From Amoebidium appalachense (taxonomy: Eukaryota; Protista; Ichthyosporea), in NCBI GenBank assembly GCA_963693365.1, contig CAVNZM010000010.1:1178001-1242000 (forward strand): DNA of 64,000 nt, read 5' to 3'. Of this stretch, positions 26,265 to 47,798 are shown piece by piece. The notes under the pieces are model-generated. The model saw nothing but the letters and a program-made list of their open reading frames with translations, ran no database searches and was not told where the DNA came from. Each line of letters opens with the position of its first letter. Positions within the stretch are counted from its first letter, which is position 1. Position numbers and translations under genes: made by a program.

Positions 26265-27033
26265 ACACACACACACCTGTGCCCTTGTCATACTCTCTTG
26301 TCCTTCGGGCCCATCCGTCCCTTCCTTTTCTGCCTTCCCAATCGCTTCCTGTACCGCATTCTTGTACTGTTCGCACGAGGTTAAAAATAGAATGTTCTCT
26401 TCCATTCTCTCGCTTTCCAGCCATTCCTCAAACTGAGCTCTGGTCGACGGATCTTCCATGAGCACCGAGAACGGGACGTATCCCCCTACACTCCCGTCGC
26501 TGGGGGGCGCCGAGAGCGAATTTGCGGGGTTTATGTTCGGCTGGAGGGGGACGGGCGGGGGTGGGGACGTGGGAGGGGGTGAGGGAGGGTATGCGTCTGG
26601 GGAGGGGTGGGGGTTGGGTAGGGGGGTTCCCGCATGCGCAGAATCAGCCGTCAATCCGGATGTGTTGATTGGACGGGCCGGGCTAGCTCCGGGCGTGGGC
26701 GTTCTCGAACCCTGTATGTATAAATCAAGAAAGATGAGGGGACACCCCGGTGAAATACCGGATATGCGATGGAGTACAACAGGTAAATATGTCCGGGGGG
26801 GGGGGGGGGGGGGGGGGAAGATGTCCACACAGCACACATCCCCCCCCCCCCCCCCCCCCCCTCACACACACACACACTCTCTCTCTCACACACACATCCC
26901 CACACACTCTCTCTCTTCCTCTGTGCTCTCCTCCTCTCCCCCTCTTCGCCTCTCACTTGCCACTCCCTCAAACCCCCCCCCCCTCTCCCCCCATGCACAC
27001 ACTCACAAACACATCCCTCTCTCTTTGTCTCTC

Positions 27034-27081
<48 letters not shown>

Positions 27082-27147
27082 TCTTTGTGTGTGTGTGTGT
27101 GTGTGTGTGTGTCTGCATGTGTGTGTTTGTGTGTGTGTGTGTGTTTC

Positions 27148-27178
<31 letters not shown>

Positions 27179-27211
27179 CTGCATGTGTGTGTTTGTGTGT
27201 GTGTCTGTTTC

Positions 27212-27256
<45 letters not shown>

Positions 27257-27466
27257 GCGTGTGTGTATTGCTTGTGTTTGCTTGGTGGTGGTGACGGCGG
27301 CGGTGTGTGTAGATGGACATGGCATGCATGTGCGTACGTGCGTGTGTGCACGTCTGTGATTGCTCGGTGGTGGCGGCGATCGAACACAGGTGTATGCATA
27401 AGTGTGTGTGTGTGTGTGTGTGTGCACATGCCTGTTTTTTTTTGTTTTTGTTTTTTGTGTGTGTGT

Positions 27467-27502
<36 letters not shown>

Positions 27503-28325
27503 AGATATACCTGTTGCTGTCTTTTCAAAACCACCGAAGGGAAATCGTAGCAACGAATTCGAGAAGAGTGTGTGGTCGTGCCACCTGTGCTGAGCCCAGA
27601 GGGGGATGGGGGCCCCTGAAAATTGGAAATATATCTCCATGTTATCTCCTTATTATCCTTTTTCTCACACAGGTATGGGGGTGTTGACTAGAGCCAACAT
27701 AGCCAGATGTGGACATGAACCGTGTCATTCAAATGCACAGGGGTATGGGGGGATGCCAGAAAACAGTTATAATCCCTCAGAGAACAACTAGCATATTTTC
27801 ATAGATGATTCTAAAATTTGACTTAAAAACATTATATCTCCCAAAACCTGTATGGTCTGGACTACGATGCAGCAAAATGTTAGCCTGCATCTGCTCTTCA
27901 TAATTTTAGAACCTCAGCATCAAAACGTTAAATCTCCCCAAACCTGTGCAGTCTGCTCAATAATAGAACCACATGTTAGCCTACATTCACTCTTCCTGAT
28001 CTTTGAATCTTTAAACTTAACAATAAAACATTAAATCACCCCATACCTGTGTGGTCTGGTCTATAACGGGGTCGCCCAGGCACAGGTTGTCGCTCAGGGG
28101 GCCGTTCTATAATGTTCCACAACATCGGTAAGGCTGCGGAAGTGACGGTTGCCAATGGTGTACGTCACCTGCCCGTTACGCATCTGGATGTGGATAAATC
28201 AACCATTAGTGTTCTTTCAAACTCTGAAATATATATCTATATGTATAACACTAATGCAAAGCAAGGAATGGGAGGAGGGGAAGGGAGGGGGGGGGGGGGG
28301 GGGGGGGGGGGGTGGGAAGGGGGGA

Positions 28326-28356
<31 letters not shown>

Positions 28357-28834
28357 TGTGTGTGTGTGTGCCCGCGCGTGCGCACACACGAGTGACTATG
28401 AGTGAGGGGGTTTTGAATGCGTCAAAAAGTACGAAGTACACAAGAACAAACGGATAACACGATGCAGAATGCAAGCCATACATAAAGAGTATGCATAATA
28501 AGCAGAGCCCATCCTCAGGGGGGGCCCACGTCATCCACAGTACCCGAGTTTCGACCTATTCCCCTCGTTAACGAAACCCAACTCAGATACTGTTTCACTT
28601 GAACATGAGTAGGTCACCCGTGAGGGGGTGGGTGGTTGGGGAAGTGGAGAGGGGGACCAGAGAGGGGTGAATGGGAAAGGGGGGGGGGGGGGGGGGAGGG
28701 GGGGGGGAGAAAGTGAGAGGGGAGCGAGGAGAGGGGGGAGGTAAAGGGGAGAAGGGGGGGGGGGGGGGGGGAGAGAGAGAGAGAGAGAGGGAGGGAGAGA
28801 GAGGGAGAGGGAGAGGGAGAGAGAGAGAGAGAGG

Positions 28835-28888
<54 letters not shown>

Positions 28889-29333
28889 AGGGAGGGCGAG
28901 AGAGAGCAAAGGCGAAGGCAAAGCGAGGATGGAGAGAGAGGGGGGAGGGGGAAGAAAGGGTGCGAAGGCTCGAGCGGCGAAGGGGGGGGAGGGGGGGGGG
29001 GGGGGGGGAGAGAGAATGAAAGAAAGAGAGAGGGAGAGGAGGGAGCGGGGTAAGCAAGGAGAGAAGGAGGGGAAGAGGGGGCGGGGGGAGGGGGGGGGGG
29101 AACGAGCATGCACCGGGAGAATCAAATCCTAAGGGACAAGAGGAGAGCCAAAGGCTTTAAGCAAGATCAGAGACAAGCCATCGGGCAGGTGGAGGCAAGG
29201 GGGCGAAAGGAACAGAGCATAGTATCAATCTCTCTATCTCTCTCCCTCTCTCCCTCTCTCCCTCCCTCTTTCTCTCTCTCTCTCCCTTCCTCCCTCCCTC
29301 TTTCTCTCCCTCTTCCTCTCCCTCTCTCCCTCC

Positions 29334-29376
<43 letters not shown>

Positions 29377-29410
29377 CCCCTCTCTCCCTCTTCTATCTCA
29401 TTCTCTCTCT

Positions 29411-29441
<31 letters not shown>

Positions 29442-30309
29442 GGGGGAGAGAGGGGTAGCCCACACCTCTGCCAACCAAACGTATCTCTCCTTCTTATCTA
29501 TCATGCCTAACAGAAAAGGTGGGCCTTAAGGGGGTAGATGGAGGGGCAGCGCCAGCATGGGAACAAAAACAAAGATTGCAGGAGGAGGATGGAAAGAGGC
29601 ATGTAGAATTGAAGTATGTTAATTCTAACTGGCGTCCACCGCCCCCCCTCCCCCCCCCGCCCCCCCCTCCCCCCCTCCCTCCTCCCCCTTCCCCCTCTCC
29701 CCATATTTGTTTGGTGACTCAACCTCCCCTCCCTCCCCACCATTGTGGACTCTCTCGAACCCCATCCCTAGTGCTCTCTTTCCTTCCCTCCCTGTTATGC
29801 TGTCGAGTCCAATCCTGCCTCTTTCATGAGGAAACGACTGCAGCCAAAGGGCCGAATGCATAGAACACACATTCAAAAACAAATGACTGCCAGCTCGGAA
29901 ACAGTGGGTTCTTTTCTCAACGACAACCATGCCAAACACGACGTCCATGGCAACACTAGATCTGCAAGCAAACGAGTCTACAAGGAAAGATCCAACATGG
30001 AAAAGAGAGCAATCAAAAGCAAAAACAACCCCCTAACAACAAAAAAGAAGCGGGATCTCTTCTTGTTTAAAAAAAAAAAAGCCCGAACTATAAAGAAGCA
30101 CATTGTAAAACCCATACCTGCTTGACAATTGTGAAGTTGCGCACGAACGGATCCACGCGGAAAGAGAGCACAAAGGAGCCAGGTACACTCTGACTGTCTC
30201 TGATCAGAAAACTCCTGTGTGTTCCCTTTGTGCGTAGAAGACCCATCGACCCCCGTCTGTCGAGCCCCTCGTAGTAGTAAGGAACGTCATCTTCCGAAAC
30301 CATGGCCAT
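25151..30309 (-). CDS. SH2- and RGS-domain protein, 5 exons (~374 aa)
   Basis: Exons 30118-30309, 28047-28183, 27511-27615, 26277-26711, 25151-25405, all GT-AG. SH2: FLIRDSQSVPGSFVLSF...FRSLTDVVEHY. RGS: FEEWLESERMEENILFL...EVNIS...FDEA...DAYPRY. Exon 2 needs one extra C in the run at ~28098-28102 to keep frame (probable sequencing error). Confidence 0.88.
28411..28621 (-). mobile_element. Structured non-coding interspersed element, 5'-truncated copy, in intron 1 of SH2-RGS
   Basis: Near-identical to 53619-53828. Confidence 0.85.
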
Positions 30310-31002
30310 GTTTATGTGTTTCTGGTAACCTCGAAGGTGAACTGGCGAATTTATGTGTGTGATGTGAGCCGATGTTATTTTGGGAGTGTGTAAACTGTAA
30401 GAAAGAGAATAAGAGCAGAGAGCAAAGGCTTGTAGCAATAACAATGTCCAAGGAGATGAGTTCGAAAATGGAAAAGTTTTAGGCGATCTGGTAAAGATGA
30501 AGCAGCGAATGACACCTGTGTCACGAAGACGGTGCTCCAAATCAGTATGAATGGAGCGGACACAAACCCAGATGCACCCGTTTTTCCTAACTTAATAGCA
30601 CGGTAAAGCACCTTTTTGAATCTTTGTAAAAGTTGAGTAGCAAACTTTCACCGTATTCACCCTTACAAACCACCAACTTGAACCAAAATCAGAAATCCGT
30701 CCCAGAAACCCCTCTCATTTCAGCCGAGTTTTTTTTCGTTCTTTTTTTTGGGGGGGGGTTGAAAGGTGAGTGACGGCACAAAAATGAGACACGAATCGTG
30801 AGGCCGCTGGTGGCGTCATAGATGGCTACAATAGTCTACAAAGCGTAGACGCATACTTTAGTGATACGACATCGACGTGACCTCTAAAGTTTAAAAACAG
30901 AATTCTTTTGACTGGCATGGATTATTACTTCCTCTCCCCTCTTTCCTCCCCTCTCTCTCCCCTTCTCCCCTGGGCACAAATACAAATAAACCCCGCAATA
31001 GT

Positions 31003-31576
31003 GTGTGTGTGACTTTGGACTGCCACTTACTTATTAAACATGTACACAATCACAAGATAATCACGCAATATAACAAATGGAAAAAGATACCAAACGACAC
31101 TAGACCCGATGAAAGCATACACCTTGAAAAACTAAGCCTTATGTCTCGTTTTATATATACTGACCGCCTCAACCATATTGCCAAATATGGCACTCGCAAG
31201 TGTATAACACCTAAATACATATTACCTTCCTGTAGAACTGGTCTTTCTCTAGCTGATGGTATTATTGATCAATTACCACGCTTTTACTGTACACGTGCTA
31301 TACAGTGGAGATCTAATAAGTATAAGGTGGCATCATTTGCATGCCCAAACAACACACACACACACCAGTTTAACCGGTCATGTATCGCCAAATGTAGTTT
31401 GATAGACCACATAATACCGCAACACACACACGTCACATTCACAACAGACACCCAGAAAGATAGCCTACCTGTAAATTACAACATCCTTGATTTTATACTA
31501 AACACGCGTAACTACGACCTGTTTATTAGATGTATTGATTGGCTTGAGAAACACATCACTACAAAATTATAGCGCA

Positions 31577-31651
<75 letters not shown>

Positions 31652-31683
31652 CCAGCTGATACCGAGTGTCCCGAGGGGAGCCC

Positions 31684-31738
<55 letters not shown>
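31003..31738 (+). mobile_element. 3' fragment of a third LINE family with poly(A) tail
   Basis: ORF C-terminus (QWRSN..CP..FNRSC..C..NILDFILN) parallels the C-termini of LINE A and B; followed by (CA)n, a short UTR and a ~50-nt A-run. Confidence 0.6.
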
Positions 31739-31739
<1 letters not shown>

Positions 31740-32142
31740 GGGGAACCCCAACTAATTGATTTCTCCTTGTAGTCTTTATGGTGTCTCGTAGAGAAAGTAA
31801 ACCCTGATATATAGTCACCACCCGACATCTATGTACGTGATCATGATATACCGCTGAGGGGATATTCCGAGCAAAACCCCCCCCCCCATACCTGAGACTG
31901 GTTCTCTTTGCCTCGAGTAAACAGCGTAAACCCCCATTATTACTTCTAGCACTAATTATAAACCCTATAAAAATGTAGAATATCCCTCGTCTGAGTGATT
32001 GTATCGATATAATTAGCTATAGGGTTAATTTTGTATGATTCAATGGGCTTTAGAAAAGGAGCGCAGGAGTGCGAGCCTAGGCTAGGGGGAGAGGAGGAGG
32101 AGGGAGGATCGAACGAGGGGGGATTCTGCCATGGTGGGGGGG

Positions 32143-32176
<34 letters not shown>

Positions 32177-33299
32177 GGGGAGAGAGAGGGGGGGGGGGGG
32201 GAAGGGGGGAGGGGGGAGGGGGGATGGAGGAGGAGGCGGGGGGAGGGGTGTGGGGGCCCTCCGAGGGGGGGGGGGGGTGGGGGGGGGGGGGGGGAGGGCC
32301 GGGACTGGAGGGGAGTGGCGAGGAGCCTTTTGGGGGGGGGGGGGGGGGGGGGGACTAGGGATATTGGAGGGGCCGAAGGGCGAGGGAGATGTAAAAGGGA
32401 GATCCTGGACGTCTCTACCTATGCCAGTATGTACGCCTGTGTGTGTTTTTATTGGGAGAGGAGGGGGGGGGGGGGGGGGGGGGGAGGGGAAGAGGGAGGG
32501 GAAGGGGGAGGTGAGGGCTTGGGGGGGGTGGGGTGGGGGGGTGGGGGGGGTGGGGGGGGGGGGGGGGGGGGGATATGGCATATGATGTGTGTGCTACTGA
32601 TTTTTTTTCCCCTCTTTTTTCCCTCCCCTCTCTTTCTCCCAGGGGAATGGGGGGAGGGAGGAAAGAGGGGAGGGGGGAGGGGGGGGGAGAAGAGAGGGGG
32701 GGTGGGTGGGTGGGTGGGTGGGGGTAACTAATCTTATCATTGGGTGTTCTGTGTTGCCCCTTGGCATAAACTTCACAGCACCGGTACTCGTTATGTTTAA
32801 GTGTGCTCGGTCTTTGCCAAAACCACTCCCTCTCTCACCATAATAAACCGATCTACACTTCGAATTTCGCATTATCTTGGCAAGCCATATTCTGTATAGT
32901 ATACGTTGCTTTGTTATCTCAGTCGTTGTATCTCGTACGGTAATAAGCATTGAATCTCGCACAACTTCCCACGCCATATTCTGTATAGTGCTCGTTGTGT
33001 CTCATAACTCGATGTATCTCGTACGTGTTGTATATCATAAATGGCTCGGTGATATCATATAAATCATTGATGTCAGGCAATGTGATATCTAGCCTCTTAA
33101 TGTTTTGAATGTAATAACTCCTTTGTATCAACATTGTCAAAGTGACTATCTAAAAGTATTAATGCTTTGGTAGATCTACAGCCCCCCTGGGGCCGGGTCC
33201 GGGTAGGTATCCACCCAAAAGACTGCGGTATGGATTATTACGCTTAATAAAACGGTAAAAACCAAACTGAAAACCAAGAAATATCCAGTTCAGCAAACC

Positions 33300-35926
33300 A
33301 GCATCCACGTCACGGCCACGAAAGTATACTCGCGGTTTCAAGCACAAGTTAAACCAGTTACTCGCCGTCAAGGAGTATGAGTCGGTTCATGGCTTCTTTC
33401 TTGCCGCAGTGCGCGACGCCCGTGCGCAGCGGAACCCGGCTATTTTGGAGGTCTGTTATAATGAGTTTGTTGAGTTTCTATCTGCCCTTGGCGAGCAGGT
33501 GGTGGGCACGGTTGAGTACCCTTCCGTTCGGCTGAGACAGTCTCACGTTTTGCAGTCCCTACGACAGTTGTTGCCTCTACAGGAAGCATTATCGGTTTGG
33601 AAATCCGCCGGTCGGTTTGGGCCTTCCGTGCAAGTCTATGCCCCGTCTCCTTCCATCTCCGTCGCTGAATCCGTCGACGACTATTATGCTTCCCTATTTT
33701 CGCTTCCGAACGTGTCCACGGTTCCATCACCGCCCGCTGGCCTCTCCCAGCCGCCGAGTTGGGAGCCGGACCGATCGTTCCCGGGCATTTTTCACAGTTA
33801 TTTCAACTCTTCGGCTTTCTTTGGTGCTATACGGGCGTTAAAACCCCGCAAAGCGTGCGGGCCGGATGCTCTTCCTCCCGTGCTTTTCAAGGTTCTTTCT
33901 CCCGTGCTTCCGCCCCGTAATCGTGCAGAGTCCCCCCCCCGCCCCCGCCTTTTGCTGTCCTTCTTAGTGAGTTTTTTTTTCGACTTTTTTCGAACTCGGG
34001 TTTATTCCAAATACGTGGCTTGACACAATCGTTACGCCCGTTCGTAAGAAGGTATCGCAGGGGGTCATTAACGACTTTCGTCCCGTCACACTTACCAACG
34101 TTTTTCGTCGGCTCTTTGCGGGTTGCATGCTTCACGCGTTTAACACCGACGATTCTTTAAAAGCCGTGTTCCGTCTTTCTTCCCTTCAAGGGGGCTTTCG
34201 TCATGCCTATTCGATCGTGTTATATCCACAGCCTGTTACTCCATGAATCCATTACTTCTGGCTCTCCGCACGTTGTCTTCATCGACCTTAAGAACGCCTA
34301 CGACACCGTACTCACTGGTTTGTTATGGCATAAGCTGGCTATATATGCGGGGCTTACCAGCCCCCTTTGGCCGTCTTCTGCAAGCCCTGTTCGATACCCC
34401 TCGCAATGTTTCGCGGACGAGCGGCGGTTAATGGAACATTAACGCCTGGTTTTTCTCGTTCTCGGGGTCTTCTGCAGGGGTCCCTCCTGAGTCCGTTGTT
34501 GTTTGACGTTTTCATCGACGATTTAGCCTGCGCCCTCGAACCTTTTGGCCAACTGCATACCCGCCGTGTACCGGGTCTCCTTTTTGCGGACGATATTGTT
34601 CTTTGTTCCTTAACCGAAGACGTCATGCACCAGATGCTTCGTCAGGTGGATCAATGGTGCACCGAGAATCTCATGACAGTCGGAATTGCAAAGTGTGCTA
34701 CTTTTTCGAAAAACGGTATTCCTTTCGATTGGCCGGTCTTCCTATTCCTGTTCAGAGCACCTATGACTATTTGGGTATTCCTTTTACTGCAAGGGGAACG
34801 GTATTGATTTCCGCAAGCTCCTCACGGCACGGATCGCTCGTGCGAAGGGTAAGCTTCACATTGTGTCAAATATGTTTCAACGGGAGTCTGTGATCCATCC
34901 TGCGAACCTTCTTCTCTACTATAAAACTCTTTTTACGGCCGACTTTCGAATATGGACTTCCGCTATTGGCCTGAACCCCACCTCGCGAGGCGGCCGTGGC
35001 GCTGAAAGAGTTCGACGATTTTCTGGGTACTGCGCTGCACACTTTGTTTCGTACTCGGTTTGTGCCTCCCTTAAATCAGTATGTTTGGATTGTCGTCTGC
35101 TGTTTGTCGTATGGAGGAATTGTCTCTTCGTTTTTGTTTTCATTTAGTTAGGATACCTGATGGTCACCCTCTTCATGCTTTCTTTCCCCCCCCTCCCTCC
35201 ATCCCTCTTCCCCCCCAATTCACCAACGCCACTTCTGAATGTCCTCAGCCTACCCTCTTTCAACCTGATTCTTCCTCTCGCTATCTCATTCGGCCTCTTT
35301 CTTTTCTCTTCCTGTTTTTTCTGCCTTTTCGATTATTTATTACCATACGCAGTATAAGTTTCTTTCGCGTTCTGATAGAGAAATCAAAGGTTACCGTAAA
35401 ACTCAGTCGGCATGACTGAAACAGTTATGCTCCTTAGGCAACACCGTGGCACTGCTGATCATTATCGCTTTTTGGGGGCTTTGGCAGGATACATTTCTCC
35501 TGCTGTACGTATGGATACCACCCTAGTAGATAAGTCTGTATGGTGCTCTGATGTTGATATTGCCTGGGAAGTTGTGCAGTGGTGTTGTAATTCTTATTTC
35601 CATCGCCGCTGGTGCCACTTTTGTGCTGAACTTTCTAATCGAAAGCATGTATGATAGGTGTGAGTTTTTATGTCGTGTTTTACCTCTTTCCCTACGGGTG
35701 TCTGCTACACTGGCTGGCATTGTGAACACTTTAAATTAGACTTTTTGTTGAATTCTGTTGGTCGCCACATTGAGTATTTATGTGATTTTCACACAGTGTT
35801 CAGGTATCTCAGTATGCACTTGTTACTGGATAACTTGTGAAGTTTTTATTGTCTTCTCAGTATGCCGTGCATACTTGCATATCTTTCCGTCGAATAAATC
35901 CAGTCAAAAAAAAAAAAAAAAAAAAA
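33300..35926 (+). mobile_element. Decayed 5'-truncated non-LTR retrotransposon (LINE family B) with poly(A) tail
   Basis: Frameshifted RT motifs (KACGPDALP, FIDLKNAYDTV, GLLQGSLLSPLLFDVFIDDL, LFADDIVL, YDYLGIPF), C-terminal CHFC..RKH, AATAAA and an A-tail at ~35906. Confidence 0.92.
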
Positions 35927-36275
35927 GAAAGCATACCTTTTCGAATTCGCCATTATTCTGATCACCTCGTTGACAAGTAAACATTAAAATTTCCCTAAGC
36001 AGTATACGCTTTGGCTTCAGGCAAAATGGATTTCCGCCGGGCTCGACCTATAATAACTTATTTCTTTTATAAAATTCTTTTTCTTTGGCTTTATCCCACT
36101 ATCTTTAATCTATGCCATCGATACTTGCACGGTGTGCGGGATTAGCCTAGGAGCCGTGGCTATCGGATGATCTCATAATATTCACGAGATATCCCGAAAA
36201 TATCTCCCTTCGTGTATTTACAAGTAACTCAAGAGAGTGTTTAAAATATATTACAAAGAGAGGCTCCCCCGGAGG

Positions 36276-36319
<44 letters not shown>

Positions 36320-36468
36320 GGGGGGGGAGGCATGCGTGTGTATAATCAGCCTGACCCTTTGGGGGCGGGACAGGGACCGGGGGGGAGGGGGAGGGCACAA
36401 GGTGAATGGATTTCAAAGAGAGGGCCAACGGGGGGGGGGGGGGGGGGGGGGGGAGGGTCAGGGAGGAA

Positions 36469-36499
<31 letters not shown>

Positions 36500-36526
36500 A
36501 GGGGGGCACCTAAAAGCTAGGTTCCA

Positions 36527-36580
<54 letters not shown>

Positions 36581-36979
36581 CACCTTCCCCCTCACCTCCC
36601 GGGCCTCTCCCTCCAATATTCATCCCTAGAGTACCCGGTTCGATAAAAAAGCACTGAACAGTACTTTGGTTTATTCCATCCTCCCCCCCTCCTCCCCCCT
36701 CCCCCTCCCCCTCCCCCCTCCCCCCTCCCCTCGAGCTCCCGCCCTGCCCCCATTGCGAGACAGCCCCTACCCAAGGTAGTATTTTGGAAGAAGAACACAA
36801 GCCCAAGTGACCCATCGGCCAATACGCAGAAACCTGCACCCTCGTGAACAACCACGCGCACATGCAGTAGCGCACACATGCACTATGACATGTGCGTGGC
36901 GGCAGAGGCACAGCTCGAGAAGTCACACATACTACTTGGCGGTCTTGTATTCGCGCAGGCGCACACACGCGTGCAGACA

Positions 36980-37014
<35 letters not shown>

Positions 37015-37217
37015 ACACACACACGCGCACACACACATGCACACGTACACACGCACACACACGCACATGCACACATGTATCACGCACACACACGCACATA
37101 CACACACATACACTTGTAACCACACATACACACATACGCACACATGCACAAATGTACTCACACATGGACACACACACACACATGCACACGGACACACACA
37201 CACACACACACACATAG

Positions 37218-37260
<43 letters not shown>

Positions 37261-37394
37261 CACACAACTCACAAACACACACACACATGCACACACACAC
37301 ACACACACACACATGCACACACATGCACACACTGTGGCACATGCACACATACACACACACACACACACATACACACACACACACCACACACACA

Positions 37395-37429
<35 letters not shown>

Positions 37430-37430
37430 G

Positions 37431-37501
<71 letters not shown>

Positions 37502-37754
37502 TCACGCAGGTGCACGCATCTACAACCACGCGCACGCACACGTGCCAGAGAAAGTGTTCCGTTATGGCAAACACCTGACAGATACTGATCTATCCACTCA
37601 CGTTGAACTACATACTATCGTTCGCCCGTATGCGAGCTGGAAAAAAGTTGTAAAACGCAAAAAGGAGAGACAGCTCAGAAGGTGTTAGGGCAAACGCAGG
37701 TATTGGCACCCACCCAGGGCACATGTGCGGAGCCTGACCATGAGGCCAACCACA

Positions 37755-38060
37755 TCAGCAGAATGACTTTATTCGATCAGAATTATTTTAAACCGAATTA
37801 TTCAGCAAAAAGCAGAATTATTCAGCAAGAAACAAAAATATTTTGCACGAACAGAATTATTCCGCGCAAAAAACAGAATTGTTCAGCAAAAAGGAGATTT
37901 ATTTTGCAAAAAACGGACTATTCAACAGCTACAGCAGAATGATTCTGCAAAAAACGGAATTATTCTGCAAAAAGCAGAGGTATTCTGCTCCGTCGGTCTG
38001 GTTTAAAGCAGCATGATCGTTCTGCTATAAGCAGATTCCGAATCATTCTGCAAGCTTCAA
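37755..38060. repeat. Degenerate ~20-bp minisatellite
   Basis: About 12 variants of CAGAATTATTCAGCAAAAAA. Confidence 0.7.
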
Positions 38061-38538
38061 AGCAAAAATATTCTCTTAAGCAAAAAAATTCTCGTTTTTT
38101 GCAGTATAATAGTTTGCCTACGGCATCATCGAGATCTACGCCCGCAATACAATTGTCACACACAGCCGCGTGCCCGCGCACGTGCACACACACACACATA
38201 CTCTCACACACACGACACTCATGCACGCCCTTACACGCACACGTGACACTGTACGTGCACCAAGCTGAAACGCTCGCACACACCCATGGACAATGTCGAC
38301 CTTGCATTCACCTCTAAGACACATCATTTGCCAAGTTTGTGTTGGCCCAACTGTAATTAGCCGTGCGTACGTACACGGTGCACATGTGTTAGAAAGGGTT
38401 CCCGGCGGGTGTACTATAGCTACGGTGTGTGGGTACGAGGACATTGTGTGTGTGTGTGAGTGAGTGTGTGTGTATGTGTGTTAAATTTGTGTACGTGTGT
38501 GAGCGCACATATGCATGTGTGTTGTGTGTACACTTAAG

Positions 38539-38596
<58 letters not shown>

Positions 38597-39185
38597 GGGG
38601 GGGGGGGGAACGGGGGGGGAACACCTTTATGTACACCACACAAAGCCTGTCAAAAGGCTTTTCTTTTTCGGACGCCTATGCTTTATACAGATTAGAATGT
38701 GGCAGCCGCTAAAACAAACACATTGTCCACAGGACATACACAACATGAAAATGCCATGTCGTTAGCGGAAATTACACACAAAAGAACGGCACTTTGGGCC
38801 CTGAAACACACATTGCTATCGCAAAATCATAAAAACGGAAACGAAAAATCGGTAAATATTCATAACCCGGCTGCCACGATTACACTACCCTATTTGTCAT
38901 GTGAAAGAATTGAAAAAAAAAAATTAAACGGGAGTTAAAAGAAACGGATTTTACGTATACAACACACTCACAATCTAATCTACCCTTTTAGTTAATAAGC
39001 TTCGACCAAAAATACAAAAAATAATTAACAGAATTCTTCTAAACCGATAACAGGCTCAAAACACATCTGAGATGTGACCCAAAAATAAAACGAACAGGCA
39101 GGTTGAGCTATACAAAACAAAAACACACAATAATAAATACTAAGAACACTATGGTACGGTACTAGGAAAGGTTTGTTTGTTTGTT

Positions 39186-39221
<36 letters not shown>

Positions 39222-40008
39222 GCATATACTTATGATTGCACAAAAGGACAATTTAGATCACATTAGTAACATGAAAAAGCCATACATATCAAGAACACAC
39301 ATTATTCGGCATAATAACACGAGCAACACACCGAGGCTAGAAAACCAAAAACTGAACGCCAAAAGAAAAAGGAGGTAAAGTGAGGGAGCGCCCGTGCCCC
39401 AGCTAGCAGTACTATACCATAAACATATGGCTCACGGTAAAGATCACAAGAATTACAAATCACATGAACTCACGTAGGTAATAATGAGAGGCTATGTTTA
39501 TATAAAAAATAAACATGCAAAATGCGACATTCTAAGCTATAAGGCAACACTGATATCACACGGTGAACAGACACGGTCTCTTAAGAATCCCCCCCCCCCC
39601 CAAAAAAAAAAGAAAAGAGAAAAAGAAAAAGGAAAGACTCTCCCGTCTTAGAATTGCAGATATTGTTGATAGATACCCCGTGAAATTTCAAAAGAAAAGA
39701 CCCTCCCCTCTTAGGATTGCACATATTCTTGATAGATACCCCGTGAAATTTCAATCTCTCATCAAAACTCAGATTCGCAACACATTCCGTTTCTCAAAGT
39801 ATTCAAATAAATTCACCCAACGCGAACAGAGAACAACCACACACCGACGAAGCACAACCATCCCATTCCAATACCACGAGAGGGCAAATACACCAAAATA
39901 ACAGATCAAATTACGAATTTCGGCGACTGGGATACCATCCAACCCTATATGCCGCCACGTCAAGCCCATTTACGAAGCCAACAAAATCACCGAAATACGT
40001 CCCAAATT

Positions 40009-47605
<7,597 letters not shown>

Positions 47606-47767
47606 GAGGAAATTTTAACATCTAACTACGCAGGAACATGAGCGTAAAAATGCGCTGGGGTGTGCTAAAGCTCAAACCAATTTGTGAATCATAGTGGTTA
47701 CTGAGCGGAAGGCCTGAAAGACACGGGTCGATGCCCAGGCACGAAGAAGCTGTGATGAATGAATTGC

Positions 47768-47798
<31 letters not shown>

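Noticed and set aside
28095-28105. Programmed frameshift or pseudogenisation of SH2-RGS
   Set aside because: A one-base deficit in a homopolymer run with all other exons intact; sequencing error is the simpler explanation.
28217-28534. Repeated small ORF MTWAPPEDGLCLLC... (also at 45384 and 53331)
   Set aside because: It is the interspersed element read in one frame; the frame is not conserved in the diverged copy and runs into poly-C.
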